64,000 bases of DNA, from NCBI GenBank assembly GCA_963669175.1, contig OY769902.1, positions 3,712,001 through 3,776,000 on the forward strand, given 5' to 3'. The notes under the pieces were generated by a model. It was given only the letters and a program-made list of their open reading frames with translations. It made no database searches and was not told the origin of the DNA. The translations under genes and the position numbers were made by a program. The DNA comes from a bacterium. GTDB lineage: Bacteria > Electryoneota > Electryoneia > Electryoneales > Electryoneaceae. Shown piece by piece: positions 40,401 through 50,500 of the stretch (position 1 is its first letter; each line of letters opens with the position of its first letter).

Positions 40401-41271
40401 CGACGCCTCCTCCAGCGGACTCTTTTTTTTCTCCCGCCACCGGATACAACGCCCGTAACTGGTCCAACAGTTCCGAATAAATCGACGGCCATAGATCACC
40501 GTCACGATACTTCTCGAATAATGCAAGATACTCCTCGGCCAGGCGTGGACTAATCTGAAGCAAATGGCACAAGTCCAACGGCTTTGTAAACCCTTTCTCG
40601 ATCAGCAACAACATCCGGCCGAACATGGTCACATACCGACGGATCGCCGCCGCGCTGTGCCGTGTCCGACGCATGATCGTATCGTACGTAAAACCGTTCA
40701 GGTATAACTCCACGATCCGAGACTTGTGCGAGCCCCCCCGTCCGATGTCATGGTCATACCCGCGTGTATGAACGGTCTGACCATCACGAATCAGCGCCTT
40801 TACATCGTTACGGATCGTTCGCACCGACACATGAAGCAGATACGCCAGATCCTCCTGGGTCAGCAACCCGCCCTGTTGGTACGCTTCTTCCGTGACACGC
40901 AATACACGCAGTTGACGCAGAGCCGACGAACCCTGATCCTGAAGAACAGCCATATCGTCGCTGCCGTCCACCAGGGTCAGCACCACACGCTTCTTCTCCT
41001 GCTCCGACAAAGGAAGCCCGTGGCGAGCACGCCGCGAAGCACACCAAAAAAGAAGCTTGCCCGGGGTCTGCGGAATCTCTCCAAACAGACACTCACGGGC
41101 AAGCTCTAAAATCCCTTTGCCAAGCGCCGGTGACAGTTCAAACTCGTCACGCAGACGACTGCGAAACACCCCCTCTGGCGTCTTCGACAAAACACCTTCA
41201 GGTACTGCTTGGACCAATTGGACCATCGCATCCTCCGATAGATGATGACCCGTATCCCTTTGCGATAACAT
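40390..41271 (-). CDS. DUF1670-like multi-HTH protein (paralog 1)
   Basis: EAYQQGGLLTQEDLAYLL.VS.RTI, TRG...DIG...SHK..IV.LY, HS..AI.RY. Confidence 0.82.
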   Translation of the reverse strand: MLSQRDTGHHLSEDAMVQLVQAVPEGVLSKTPEGVFRSRLRDEFELSPALGKGILELARECLFGEIPQTPGKLLFWCASRRARHGLPLSEQEKKRVVLTLVDGSDDMAVLQDQGSSALRQLRVLRVTEEAYQQGGLLTQEDLAYLLHVSVRTIRNDVKALIRDGQTVHTRGYDHDIGRGGSHKSRIVELYLNGFTYDTIMRRTRHSAAAIRRYVTMFGRMLLLIEKGFTKPLDLCHLLQISPRLAEEYLALFEKYRDGDLWPSIYSELLDQLRALYPVAGEKKESAGGGVDAT

Positions 41272-41324
41272 AACCTGAAAACCGCACCAGAAGACAGATC
41301 TAACCACCTACCGGAATATTTTCC

Positions 41325-44300
41325 TTATTTCACCAGGATCATCTTCTGAACCAGTTGTTTCCCGTCTCCTTCCAGCCTGTAGAAGTACGTTCCGGAAGCA
41401 ACTGCGCGTCCATGTGTATCCATCCCGTTCCAGGTTACCACATGGCGTCCGGCATCCTTCACGCCATCAACCAGTTTAACCACCTGGCGCCCCAGCACAT
41501 CATACACGGTCAAGGTCACCGGCATGCGCTGATCCAGTGAGAAACCGATCTGTGTGGACGGGTTGAACGGGTTCGGATATGCTGGCGACAGGGACCATTC
41601 GGTTGGGTGAAGTTGCCTTAAATCGTTCACACCAATCCCAGTGATCTCAATGTGCTGTGCATAGATATTTCTTAAGAATTCAGTATCAGTTGACCGATAG
41701 TCTTCCCATACACAGATAGCCCCATTCGCAGTAGTCGGAGTAATCATAGCATTTACTTGCATTTGGTAAGCCTGCGTTAAAGGCACACCATCGTATTCCG
41801 GTATTCCTTCGACCGGTACTCCTTCCGCATCCAGTTCTGTGCAGTAAAGATCAATAAAGTTGCTTCCAAACACTGATTCCCAAACAAGATAGACACCACC
41901 ATTGCAATCAGCGCTCAGCCTGGATTTTCTGCTATCTGAAAGATCCCGGGTAATCTGAATTCCTGTTTCAGGAACAAGTACAGGAGTTCCATCAAGATCG
42001 TACTTCTGAATGTAGATATCGGCGGAGTTATCCCTGTTTTCGTGCAGCCAGGAAACCCAGAATGATGATCCATCATTCGTCGTAATGCTGTTTATTCGTT
42101 GTCTGTCTTCAACATCTACCAGGGGTATGCCGTTTTCCTCCCAAGCGATTGTACCATCAGAATGAATCAATTGACCGTAAATATCACTATTGCTGTTACC
42201 ATTGCGATTATCAAGCCATGCGATGACTATACCATTTTCCACCTTCACCATAAACGGATATCTACGTCCTTGCTCACCGGAACAGATTGGAGTTTGCCAG
42301 CGAATGGTCCCGTCCTGCGACACACCACTCATATAGATATCACTTGTCCCCGGACCTGAATCTCTACTATATAGAATACCAATTGTTGCGTCAGTGGGTT
42401 CCTGATCTCCGTCTTCAAAGAAGACAATATCATCAAGAGTCTCATCCTCCTCAATTCCTTCGTTCAGGATGATACCTCGTCCGTCTTCACCTTCGAATTG
42501 CATCGAGCCATCAGTGTCTATTTTTTGAAGAAATACATGCTGATAATAGTTTGCTTCGTATTCACCTGTGAACGCGACAAAGATACCACCGTCCGGGGCG
42601 AGTAGCATTGTTGGCGTATAGGTCCCGAAGAAGTCAACTGTTGGGATAACAAGACCTTCGTCACCCCAATCCAGGGTCCCATCGGATAGAATATGTTGAA
42701 AACCAGTTGTTTGGCTATATAGAGGACGCGAATCTTTCCAACCGAGATAAATCCCTCCTTCACCATCGGGAATCATTGTCAATGAGTCGGTTAAGACACT
42801 TTCTTCTGGTGGTCCTTCCGGCAACGGGAAATGCGGTAGGGCACTGATTCCGTTTGCCTCAAACGCAGGCTGCCCGGTTGAGATATCCAGCTTTTGGACA
42901 AAGGGCAGACGGCCATAATGGCGGTACCTGTTATCAATCCACGCAAACCATACTTCTTCAGGATTACTGTGATTAACAGCAATGGCAGAACTAGTTGCAT
43001 TCCCACTTAAACCGGAATAGACTACTACTCCTTCGTCTTCCATCTGAATAGCGCCTGTTTCGAGGTCATGCCTTTGGAGAAATGCTCCCATACTACCTTG
43101 CCGCCATTCTTGCCAAAGAACAATAACGTCTTCGCCAACCTGATGCACTCTGTTCATTTCATAATAGTTGTATGCAGTGTATGCACTGGTTTCTATTCCT
43201 CCTTCAGCACCCCAGTCAGATGTTCCATCCTCGTTGATACGTTGTGTATAGACGTTATACTCATGACTTCTTCCTTCACGACCATCCAGCCAGGTGAAGA
43301 TTGCGCCGCCATTCCCATCAGCTATCCCCTTGATATTATTCTGACTTCCTATTTCATCACATATGGCAATGCCATATTGCTCTTCACCTTCCTCCCCCCA
43401 TTCAAGGACGGGTTGATTTTCTTCATCCATGGTAATTCTCTGCATGTACAAATCCGTGCCGCTTGGCCACTCATAGGTATGGCAGTGCTCCCATGCTAGA
43501 ATGAGTTCACCTTCACCAGCCTGAACCATTGCCTGTCTAGCAACAGAATAGTATTCAAAGCCAGGTTCATGCGGGAATAACTGGAGCCCATTATCATCCC
43601 AATCACTATTTCCATCTGCAGTTACGTGTGCAATCCTGAGCACTGCAGCAACTGAAAGCTGTTCATCATCAATCGCAACTTCTCCATTCCAACTGAAATA
43701 CGCTCCCCCGGCCCCATCAGGTACTGCTCTGATCCATCGTGCATAGTCAACGTCAGTGTCAAGCGCAACCCCGGATGAAGCCCCCCATGCCAGCTCACCT
43801 TCGGTTGAAATCCTGTTCATGTAGATATCATATTCATTTATATCTCTTGTATCGACCCACCCAGCAATTATTCCGCCGTTCCCATCAGGAACAGCACTAT
43901 AACTCTGCGTCCAGATTTCGCCCTGATCCTGATCGCCATCAGCAAAAGGATTACCATTGAGCGTCCAGTTGCCATCCGGAGTGCCATCAGCAAGAATATG
44001 CATCGCATACAGATCGCTATCCAGATTTCTGTCGGTGACCCAAATGACCATTGCCCCACCATCACCGTCATCAAACGCGCATGGATACATTTCCGTTGCA
44101 TTTTCAGTTACTGTAACAGCGACACCGCCATAGTCCGGACTGTTCTCCGGCCATTGGATATCACCTGCACTTGTCACTTTCTGCGCGAAAATATCACTTC
44201 GCTCCAGGATTTGAGAATCATTCCTGAAATCAACCCAGGTAATGATCCAGGTACCATCACTGGCTGCCATGACATAGGGTGACTCCTGGCGACTTCCGGC

Positions 44301-44588
44301 ACCCCGGGCAATTAACAACCCGTTTTCAGCCCATTGTGGTTGCCCCTCTTCATTATAAAGCTGGGCATAAATGTCGTTGTCACCTGTTCTGCAGTCACTC
44401 CAGGCATAGAGAATAAAGTCGCCGTTTACGGCTGAGCAGGACGATGTCCTGCCGTTAGTTGCCATTTCATCGCCCTGACGAATGGGCACACCGTCTTCCG
44501 GCTCCCACAACCGATAGGCAAACGCTGACTGGGAAAGGATTGCGATGGAAATCGCGAGGAAAAGGATGCGAGCAGTTCTGGTAATCAT
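41325..44588 (-). CDS. Large secreted repeat protein (DG.GG...W.D.R...DIY.Q repeats) with T9SS/FlgD-type CTD
   Basis: Signal peptide; many 'W.D.R...DIYAQ' repeats; YPNPFNP, WNG.D..G..VASG.YFY. Confidence 0.85.
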   Translation of the reverse strand: MITRTARILFLAISIAILSQSAFAYRLWEPEDGVPIRQGDEMATNGRTSSCSAVNGDFILYAWSDCRTGDNDIYAQLYNEEGQPQWAENGLLIARGAGSRQESPYVMAASDGTWIITWVDFRNDSQILERSDIFAQKVTSAGDIQWPENSPDYGGVAVTVTENATEMYPCAFDDGDGGAMVIWVTDRNLDSDLYAMHILADGTPDGNWTLNGNPFADGDQDQGEIWTQSYSAVPDGNGGIIAGWVDTRDINEYDIYMNRISTEGELAWGASSGVALDTDVDYARWIRAVPDGAGGAYFSWNGEVAIDDEQLSVAAVLRIAHVTADGNSDWDDNGLQLFPHEPGFEYYSVARQAMVQAGEGELILAWEHCHTYEWPSGTDLYMQRITMDEENQPVLEWGEEGEEQYGIAICDEIGSQNNIKGIADGNGGAIFTWLDGREGRSHEYNVYTQRINEDGTSDWGAEGGIETSAYTAYNYYEMNRVHQVGEDVIVLWQEWRQGSMGAFLQRHDLETGAIQMEDEGVVVYSGLSGNATSSAIAVNHSNPEEVWFAWIDNRYRHYGRLPFVQKLDISTGQPAFEANGISALPHFPLPEGPPEESVLTDSLTMIPDGEGGIYLGWKDSRPLYSQTTGFQHILSDGTLDWGDEGLVIPTVDFFGTYTPTMLLAPDGGIFVAFTGEYEANYYQHVFLQKIDTDGSMQFEGEDGRGIILNEGIEEDETLDDIVFFEDGDQEPTDATIGILYSRDSGPGTSDIYMSGVSQDGTIRWQTPICSGEQGRRYPFMVKVENGIVIAWLDNRNGNSNSDIYGQLIHSDGTIAWEENGIPLVDVEDRQRINSITTNDGSSFWVSWLHENRDNSADIYIQKYDLDGTPVLVPETGIQITRDLSDSRKSRLSADCNGGVYLVWESVFGSNFIDLYCTELDAEGVPVEGIPEYDGVPLTQAYQMQVNAMITPTTANGAICVWEDYRSTDTEFLRNIYAQHIEITGIGVNDLRQLHPTEWSLSPAYPNPFNPSTQIGFSLDQRMPVTLTVYDVLGRQVVKLVDGVKDAGRHVVTWNGMDTHGRAVASGTYFYRLEGDGKQLVQKMILVK

Positions 44589-44897
44589 AACACCTCCCCC
44601 GGTAAAGAATCATCCGGAAGGAAAAGCGCCTTTGGATCATGTTACAAGGGGCTTTTCCCTTCGCATATAAAGCGGAATTAGCATACTTTCAATTATAAAA
44701 GTAGATAGACATCACGAAATTCCTGTGACAAATCTCACACGACATAAAAAACTGAAAGGCAATGATGAATCGGAGCCGCCGTTGAGCTCTCGACTCTTCA
44801 CTGCCTTTTTTCAGAATAAAAAACCAGCTTTGCAGCTTGAATCAACTTCTTGAAGCTTCAGTACTTCTATATCTGAATCACTTCACAATAGCCCAAA

Positions 44898-45650
44898 TCA
44901 ATAATGTTTACCGAAACCAATAACCAATCCCATTGTGGCATGGTAATCTTCACTGTATATCCCGCCATTGGCCTGAAACCCCAGGCTGATAGCACGCAGC
45001 TTGATAAAGCTGAGCGACATTTCCACGGCCAGCTCAGGGCTCTGTGTGTTCTCGACTTCATCATAGGATCTTCCGTGATAAATTTGCTCTTCATACTTAT
45101 ACCACCCAACCCCGATCGCCATTCCTACCCTGACCAAGTGATAAGGATCAGTGACCTGCTTCCCGATCAAAAAGGCAAATTCATCGCTACGTTTTTTGAT
45201 ATCTCCTTCTTTTATCTCACCCCACAAAGGCATATTGCCATACCTGTAGCGCACCAGGTACTGGGTTTTGTTTCTGAAATACGTGAGGCCACCACCGACC
45301 TCAAGACCAACAGTTCCACCGCCCACATGCGCATCCAACGTCAACCCTTTTACACCGAGGTCAACGCCGCCTGGATCCTTAACCGGGAATAGTCTTTCCA
45401 TGAAACGAAAAAATGCGGGTGGATGAGATGCGTGATCCTGTGGTAAGGATGTGTTAATCTCTGACTGCGCATCGTTTGGAGGAGAGATACTGTCATCACC
45501 AGGTGAATCGGGACTAGCTTCCGGATCGGCTGCATATGCCAGCGTCGAATCAGGTACCAATTCTTCTTCCCCTGCAAACGCTATCAAAACACTTCCATAG
45601 AGCAGGATCAGAAGTACGAGAAAACCGTGCAGCGCTATCTTCATATTCAT
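44898..45650 (-). CDS. Hypothetical exported protein, possibly outer-membrane beta-barrel
   Basis: Signal peptide, low-complexity linker, amphipathic Gly/aromatic strands. Confidence 0.6.
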   Translation of the reverse strand: MNMKIALHGFLVLLILLYGSVLIAFAGEEELVPDSTLAYAADPEASPDSPGDDSISPPNDAQSEINTSLPQDHASHPPAFFRFMERLFPVKDPGGVDLGVKGLTLDAHVGGGTVGLEVGGGLTYFRNKTQYLVRYRYGNMPLWGEIKEGDIKKRSDEFAFLIGKQVTDPYHLVRVGMAIGVGWYKYEEQIYHGRSYDEVENTQSPELAVEMSLSFIKLRAISLGFQANGGIYSEDYHATMGLVIGFGKHY

Positions 45651-45789
45651 TGTGGTATCTCCGGCTGTGTTCGTATAAAGCTAAACACGTTTTTACGATT
45701 GCACAAATCATTGATTGCTGAAAGAGAAAAAAAACTCACACGTCAAGCAAACGGGTATGCTCCATCTTCACCTTGTAACGAAAAGAAGT

Positions 45790-46111
45790 GGTTCCTCAGA
45801 AGAATTTGTGCATCCGGGCAATGTTGTGGCAGGTCTTGACGCGACATTCTGTTTTCGGCTTTCGCTATTTTTTTCTAAATGCACGGTGATACCGAAACCA
45901 CCTCTTCACCTTTCATTGTCGCGTTGTGACCTGCCACCGGTATCAGCACTCTTGCTGTCGTCAGGTCACAACGTGATGCCTGATGACGATCTTTCATGCG
46001 ATGTGGCAGGTGTGAAGTAAGACAGATGTCTGCAATTGGAAAGTAGAACATCACGTCAAGACCTGACGAAACGTGCTCGTCGATAATAGTCATAAATTCT
46101 TGTGAGCAGCC
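45790..46111. repeat. IR-bounded double-hairpin element, copy 1
   Basis: Outer IR GGTTCCTCAGAAGAATTTGTG / CATAAATTCTTGTGAGCAGCC; inner arms GTGGCAGGTC...GACCTGCCAC and CGTCAGGTC...GACCTGACG. Confidence 0.85.
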
Positions 46112-46118
46112 AAAAAAG

Positions 46119-46955
46119 TTATGGTTTCGCCACCGCAGCGAGTTCAATGGAAGTCGGGTCATAATCAGCGCCACCCAGGTCACCTTGTATACCCAGTACT
46201 TTAAACCCCGCCTCTTCCAGTTCAGCGGTCAACGACTGCGGATTGAAGTATTTTAACCAATTATAGATCACACGTGTTCTATCCGGTTCAATAATGGTGT
46301 ACTTATCAAGGGTAACTCGCTCATCTTTGTAAAGGAAACCATTCAGGAACAGGTAGTGCGCTCCACCAGCCCAGAAGCCATTGCCGGGAATAAACTCGTA
46401 GGTCCGCTTCTCCTCCGCAGCGTCAAACATGGCATCAGAGAAAACATCCAGGATAAAATGACCTTCAGGTTTAAGCAGATCATGAATCTTTTTCAGCATC
46501 AGCTTGCGCTGTTCAGATGTCAACGCGCACAAATCATAGTAGATCAACGATGCCAGGTCATATTTCTGCTCCGCTTCCCAAGTAAGGTAATCACGGTGCA
46601 GGTAGTGGATCGAAAGGCCTTCCGCTTCTGCCTGAGCACGTGCGTAACGAATGGAATTTTCCGAGAAATCGATACCGGTTACTTTTGCGCCTGCCCTGGC
46701 CAGATACGTACTGTACAACCCCGGACCACATCCCAGGTCGAGAACATCACTTTCAGCCCCAATCGAAAACCGTTGGATAATAGTCGAGCAAATCGCTTCT
46801 ATCTTTGCTTTGCTGCGTGATGCGATATCTCCATCGGGATCGACATGATACTCCAGCATTCGCTGTGCGATGTACTCATCGGTCCACAGTCCATCAGCGG
46901 TATAGACCTCGTAAAGCTCTGGTCGACGGTTGATTTCGGTCAGTTCTGCGAACAT
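46119..46955 (-). CDS. Class I SAM-dependent methyltransferase
   Basis: VLDLGCGPGLY, GIDFS, LKPEG.FILDV. Confidence 0.9.
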   Translation of the reverse strand: MFAELTEINRRPELYEVYTADGLWTDEYIAQRMLEYHVDPDGDIASRSKAKIEAICSTIIQRFSIGAESDVLDLGCGPGLYSTYLARAGAKVTGIDFSENSIRYARAQAEAEGLSIHYLHRDYLTWEAEQKYDLASLIYYDLCALTSEQRKLMLKKIHDLLKPEGHFILDVFSDAMFDAAEEKRTYEFIPGNGFWAGGAHYLFLNGFLYKDERVTLDKYTIIEPDRTRVIYNWLKYFNPQSLTAELEEAGFKVLGIQGDLGGADYDPTSIELAAVAKP

Positions 46956-47246
46956 ATTTGCTCCCTGTTTTCAGCGTTTGGAAAAAGCAATTGATCTTTT
47001 TACAACACATGTTTTCTGGTGACGGGAAATATAGGCCGTAACAAATTTGTATGCCATTAGCTCTTGCCTCCTGGTAAATATCCGGCCACCCTGGGCTATT
47101 TCACGAATTGGCCGCACAACTGGCAGTGTCTCCATCCGAGTCAAAATTTGAACTTCTATTTGTTTTCTTTCAGAACGGTACTATATTTACAACTTAATCG
47201 AGCCTGAGAGTTGGTTCGTACTATCTTTTTTTTTAGGAGCAGTTTG

Positions 47247-47447
47247 ATGCACGGCAAAGTGAAGTGGTTTGACAGCGGTAAGGGTTTCGGATTTATCGAG
47301 CCCGATGAAGGTTCCGACGTGTTTGTACATTACAGTGCAATCCAGGGCGACGGCTTCAAAACTTTGAACGACGACGATGAAGTAGAGTTTGAAGTCATGC
47401 AAGGTCCGAAGGGCCCGTCCGCTTCAAACGTGAGGCGCGTGAACTAG
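47247..47447 (+). CDS. Cold-shock protein (CspA family)
   Basis: [21 protein letters not shown]; AGGAG RBS. Confidence 0.96.
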   Translation: MHGKVKWFDSGKGFGFIEPDEGSDVFVHYSAIQGDGFKTLNDDDEVEFEVMQGPKGPSASNVRRVN

Positions 47448-47476
47448 TAGAGTTTTCTATACTAGAAGTGACCTTA

Positions 47477-47506
47477 AACGCCCGGACTTCCAGCCGGGCG
47501 TTTTCA
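47477..47506 (+). terminator. Terminator of the csp gene
   Basis: AACGCCCGG...CCGGGCGTTTT. Confidence 0.8.
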
Positions 47507-47519
47507 TGTTTGGTGACGA

Positions 47520-47555
47520 AAACCGGGACTGAATAATAGAGTTCAGTCCCGGTTA
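47520..47555 (-). terminator. Terminator of the 1679-aa gene
   Basis: AACCGGGACTGAA...TTCAGTCCCGGTT. Confidence 0.75.
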
Positions 47556-47582
47556 GTATTTCTGGTGGATTATCTTCCCGAA

Positions 47583-50500
47583 TCACTTCAACAGGATGAT
47601 TCGCTGAGTCGAAACCTGGTTTTGATAGTTGACCTGCATGAAGTACACTCCACTGGCCAGCATACCACCTGCCTGGTTGGCATTCAGCATGTACCTGTGC
47701 TTCCCTGCCGATAGGTGTAGTGATTCATTGTGAACAGCCTGTCCCAGGACATTGTACACCTTGATAGAAACGTCACCGGTTACGGGAATAGCCAGGTCTA
47801 CAGCAGTCACCGGGTTGAACGGATTCGGATAGGCCCGGGAAACACTGAACTCATGTGGCAGGTTCACCGGCGCCTTTTCATCTTCAACACCTGCGAACAT
47901 GTCGTAGACATAATCCGCTGTTGCCTGGAGGCTTTCCAACCCATCATTTACCATAACAGCGATTTCTACAAACAGGGTATCCTGTGGTCGCAACGTATAT
48001 GGCCCGACAGACAGGAACATCCGGTAGTCGAAAGGCTCTTCACCCAATTCCGCCGGTGTTGGCATATGCTGCCTGCCCTGGAAAGTCCGATGGCTGCCGT
48101 TCATGAAAGAGTATTTCGCCTCGTCTGTTTGCGGATCATCGGACCAGTTCCACCAGGCCATGTGTGCCAGTGGTTGCCAGTTTGACGCATTAATCACACG
48201 AGCGCCGATGTATCCCGGTATTGTCCCCCCTTCACCTGTGTCATCATCGTAACTGCCCGGGGAATCAGCATCGTACATGTATGGCATCAGACGTTCTTCA
48301 TCGAAATCCAGGTAATCATCATAATTGGCATTATTGACCTGACCATGCGGCCCCATGGCAATATCAGGATCAAGGTACCAGCCGAGATAAACCTTCTTGA
48401 GAACGTCCGAACTGATGTTTTTCATGGCAATCCTGATCAGCATAACATCAGCCAGCGCCTGATCCGTTGCTTCCGGCCACATCTCTGTTGTTTGGGTTAC
48501 TTGCAGGCCAAGGGGAAAATCGGCGTTCAGATCATTATAAACACAGGAATGGAAAAATCGATCTGCGCCAAGGATACTGGTCCGGTAAACATCTTCATTA
48601 TCCGGCTGCCACTCATGGTTCGCGTACTCGCTGAACGAGATTACCGGTTGATTGCCAAACATCACTCCAGCCCAGAATCCACCATGCCACAGGTAGTATT
48701 TCCCGCTTCCAATCGGCCATTCCATGGATGGGTTGGACTCGAAAGGATCGCCCAGGATACCGTAATTGCTGACCTGGCAGGCGATATGCGCTTGCGAATA
48801 CTGATCCGAGGTCTGAACATAGGCTTCTGTATAGCTGCTTTCACCGACAGGATTACTGTAGTTGGCTGTCACTCGGTAATAATATGTGTTGTTTTCGGCA
48901 AGATCTTCATCATTCCAGATCAGGTCAGTCACATCAGCCGCAACCTGCTCGAAGCCATGATCAGGATACTCGGACCGGTATATGGTAAATCCCGTCAAGC
49001 CCCCTTCGTTGTCCAGCTCGTTGGCAGACAATTGGCTTAGAACTTCTGCTTTATGATTCCGAATACTTTGCTTGTGCTCGAGATAAGTCATTTGGTTGGG
49101 ATCACTTTCCCAGTAGGGTAATCCAATTCGCAGTTCAATAGATGTTGCCGAAGTTGGCGCTGCATATACTGTTGGCGGGATGAAATAGTCCGGTTCGTCA
49201 TTCAGCACGACAGTAGGACAGCCGTAGAGGTTCACGTCTGTATCCGTCCGAGAAAAAACGGTTACCAGCTTATGATAATCTCCTTCATTTTCAGGGCCCA
49301 AAGCCCAACCGGGAATTGTAAGATCGACGCTGCCACGGTTTGCTTCGTTCAATGTTGTGTTTTCAACGAGAAAATCACCATCCTGAATGTGTTCAGTGGA
49401 GAGTGTAGTAGAACGAATGCAGCCTACAGCCATCGTTACGTCGTCATTTCCATCAAAGAAAAACTGTCCTTCAGGATCCAGGGTGGGATTGGGCGAATAC
49501 GCCCCATAGGCAGTGTACGCTACACTGAACGACCAGGGCGAAATGGACAGTGCATAGGGACGCACATCGGTTTCACGCCATTTGGTTTGAGGCATGTAGT
49601 AATATGCAGAAGAAAAATCAACATTGTTGAAGAGGAACAGATCATCATGAGTATCGCTGGCCCTGTCCAGGATGCAAGCCAGATTATAGTCCAGATATAT
49701 TTCCTGTAACGATTTTGACCGGTAAGGTTCCGGAAGGGTTGGCTGAATATCATTGAGCACAGAGTGAACACTGGCCATGCCATTATCTGCATTAGATGCG
49801 ACGCTCTGGATTAGTTCATCCCCTCCATACCGTTCATACAGATATTCGAAGAAGAGGAAAGCATTTACCAAGTCTTGCCGGGTTGCTACCAGCTCTTCAT
49901 AGGGCATGGTAATCAGTGTATTGTTCAATGGGGGAAGCAGATTCAAACCTTCATTGACATAAAAGACTGTCTCGCCCACAACAAACTGTTCGCACAATGA
50001 GGAGATTCCTTCAACTACCCAGGCTTCTTCATCCGGATCCACCTGTTGCATCATCCAATGCGCCAACAGATTTGTAATCGCATTGTACCCGGTAAATGAA
50101 TGCCAGACTTCCCATTCATCTTCAAAGCTGGAATGCTGCAATACATAAGCCGAATCCTGCTGCATAAACACTTGTGGATGTGAGTCCAGCAGGAGCATTT
50201 CAGGTTGATTCTGCTCTGCCGCCACGTATTTGGAGCCGAAATAGTATTGCGAACGTGCGTTGTTGCGTCCCTTTCCAGCCTCATCAAGAATATCTGTAAT
50301 CAGGATATCAACCGGATACTCGAGTTCATCCTGGTTATCCAGCGCCAGGTATCCCTCCAATTGTGTTATAGCCCCACTATTCGGATCAGTTGGCGTACTA
50401 TCCTCTATAAAACCAACAATACTGTCCAGTTCGGCCTCGATAACGGGGATCAGGCCATTATTCTCTTCATAAGCCCTGAGTTGATTCAGGGCAACGTACA

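Larger units (their letters stand above)
39535..41324 (-). mobile_element. Putative IS-like element: 19-bp TIRs enclosing two DUF1670-like genes
   Basis: GGCAAATATTCCGGTAGGT (39535-39553) and ACCTACCGGAATATTTTCC (41306-41324), 18/19 match; sits between a host stop codon and its terminator. Confidence 0.78.

Noticed and set aside
40420-40432. Classical -1 ribosomal frameshift joining the DUF1670 ORFs
   Set aside because: ORF2 is in the +1 frame relative to ORF1, so a -1 shift would not join them.
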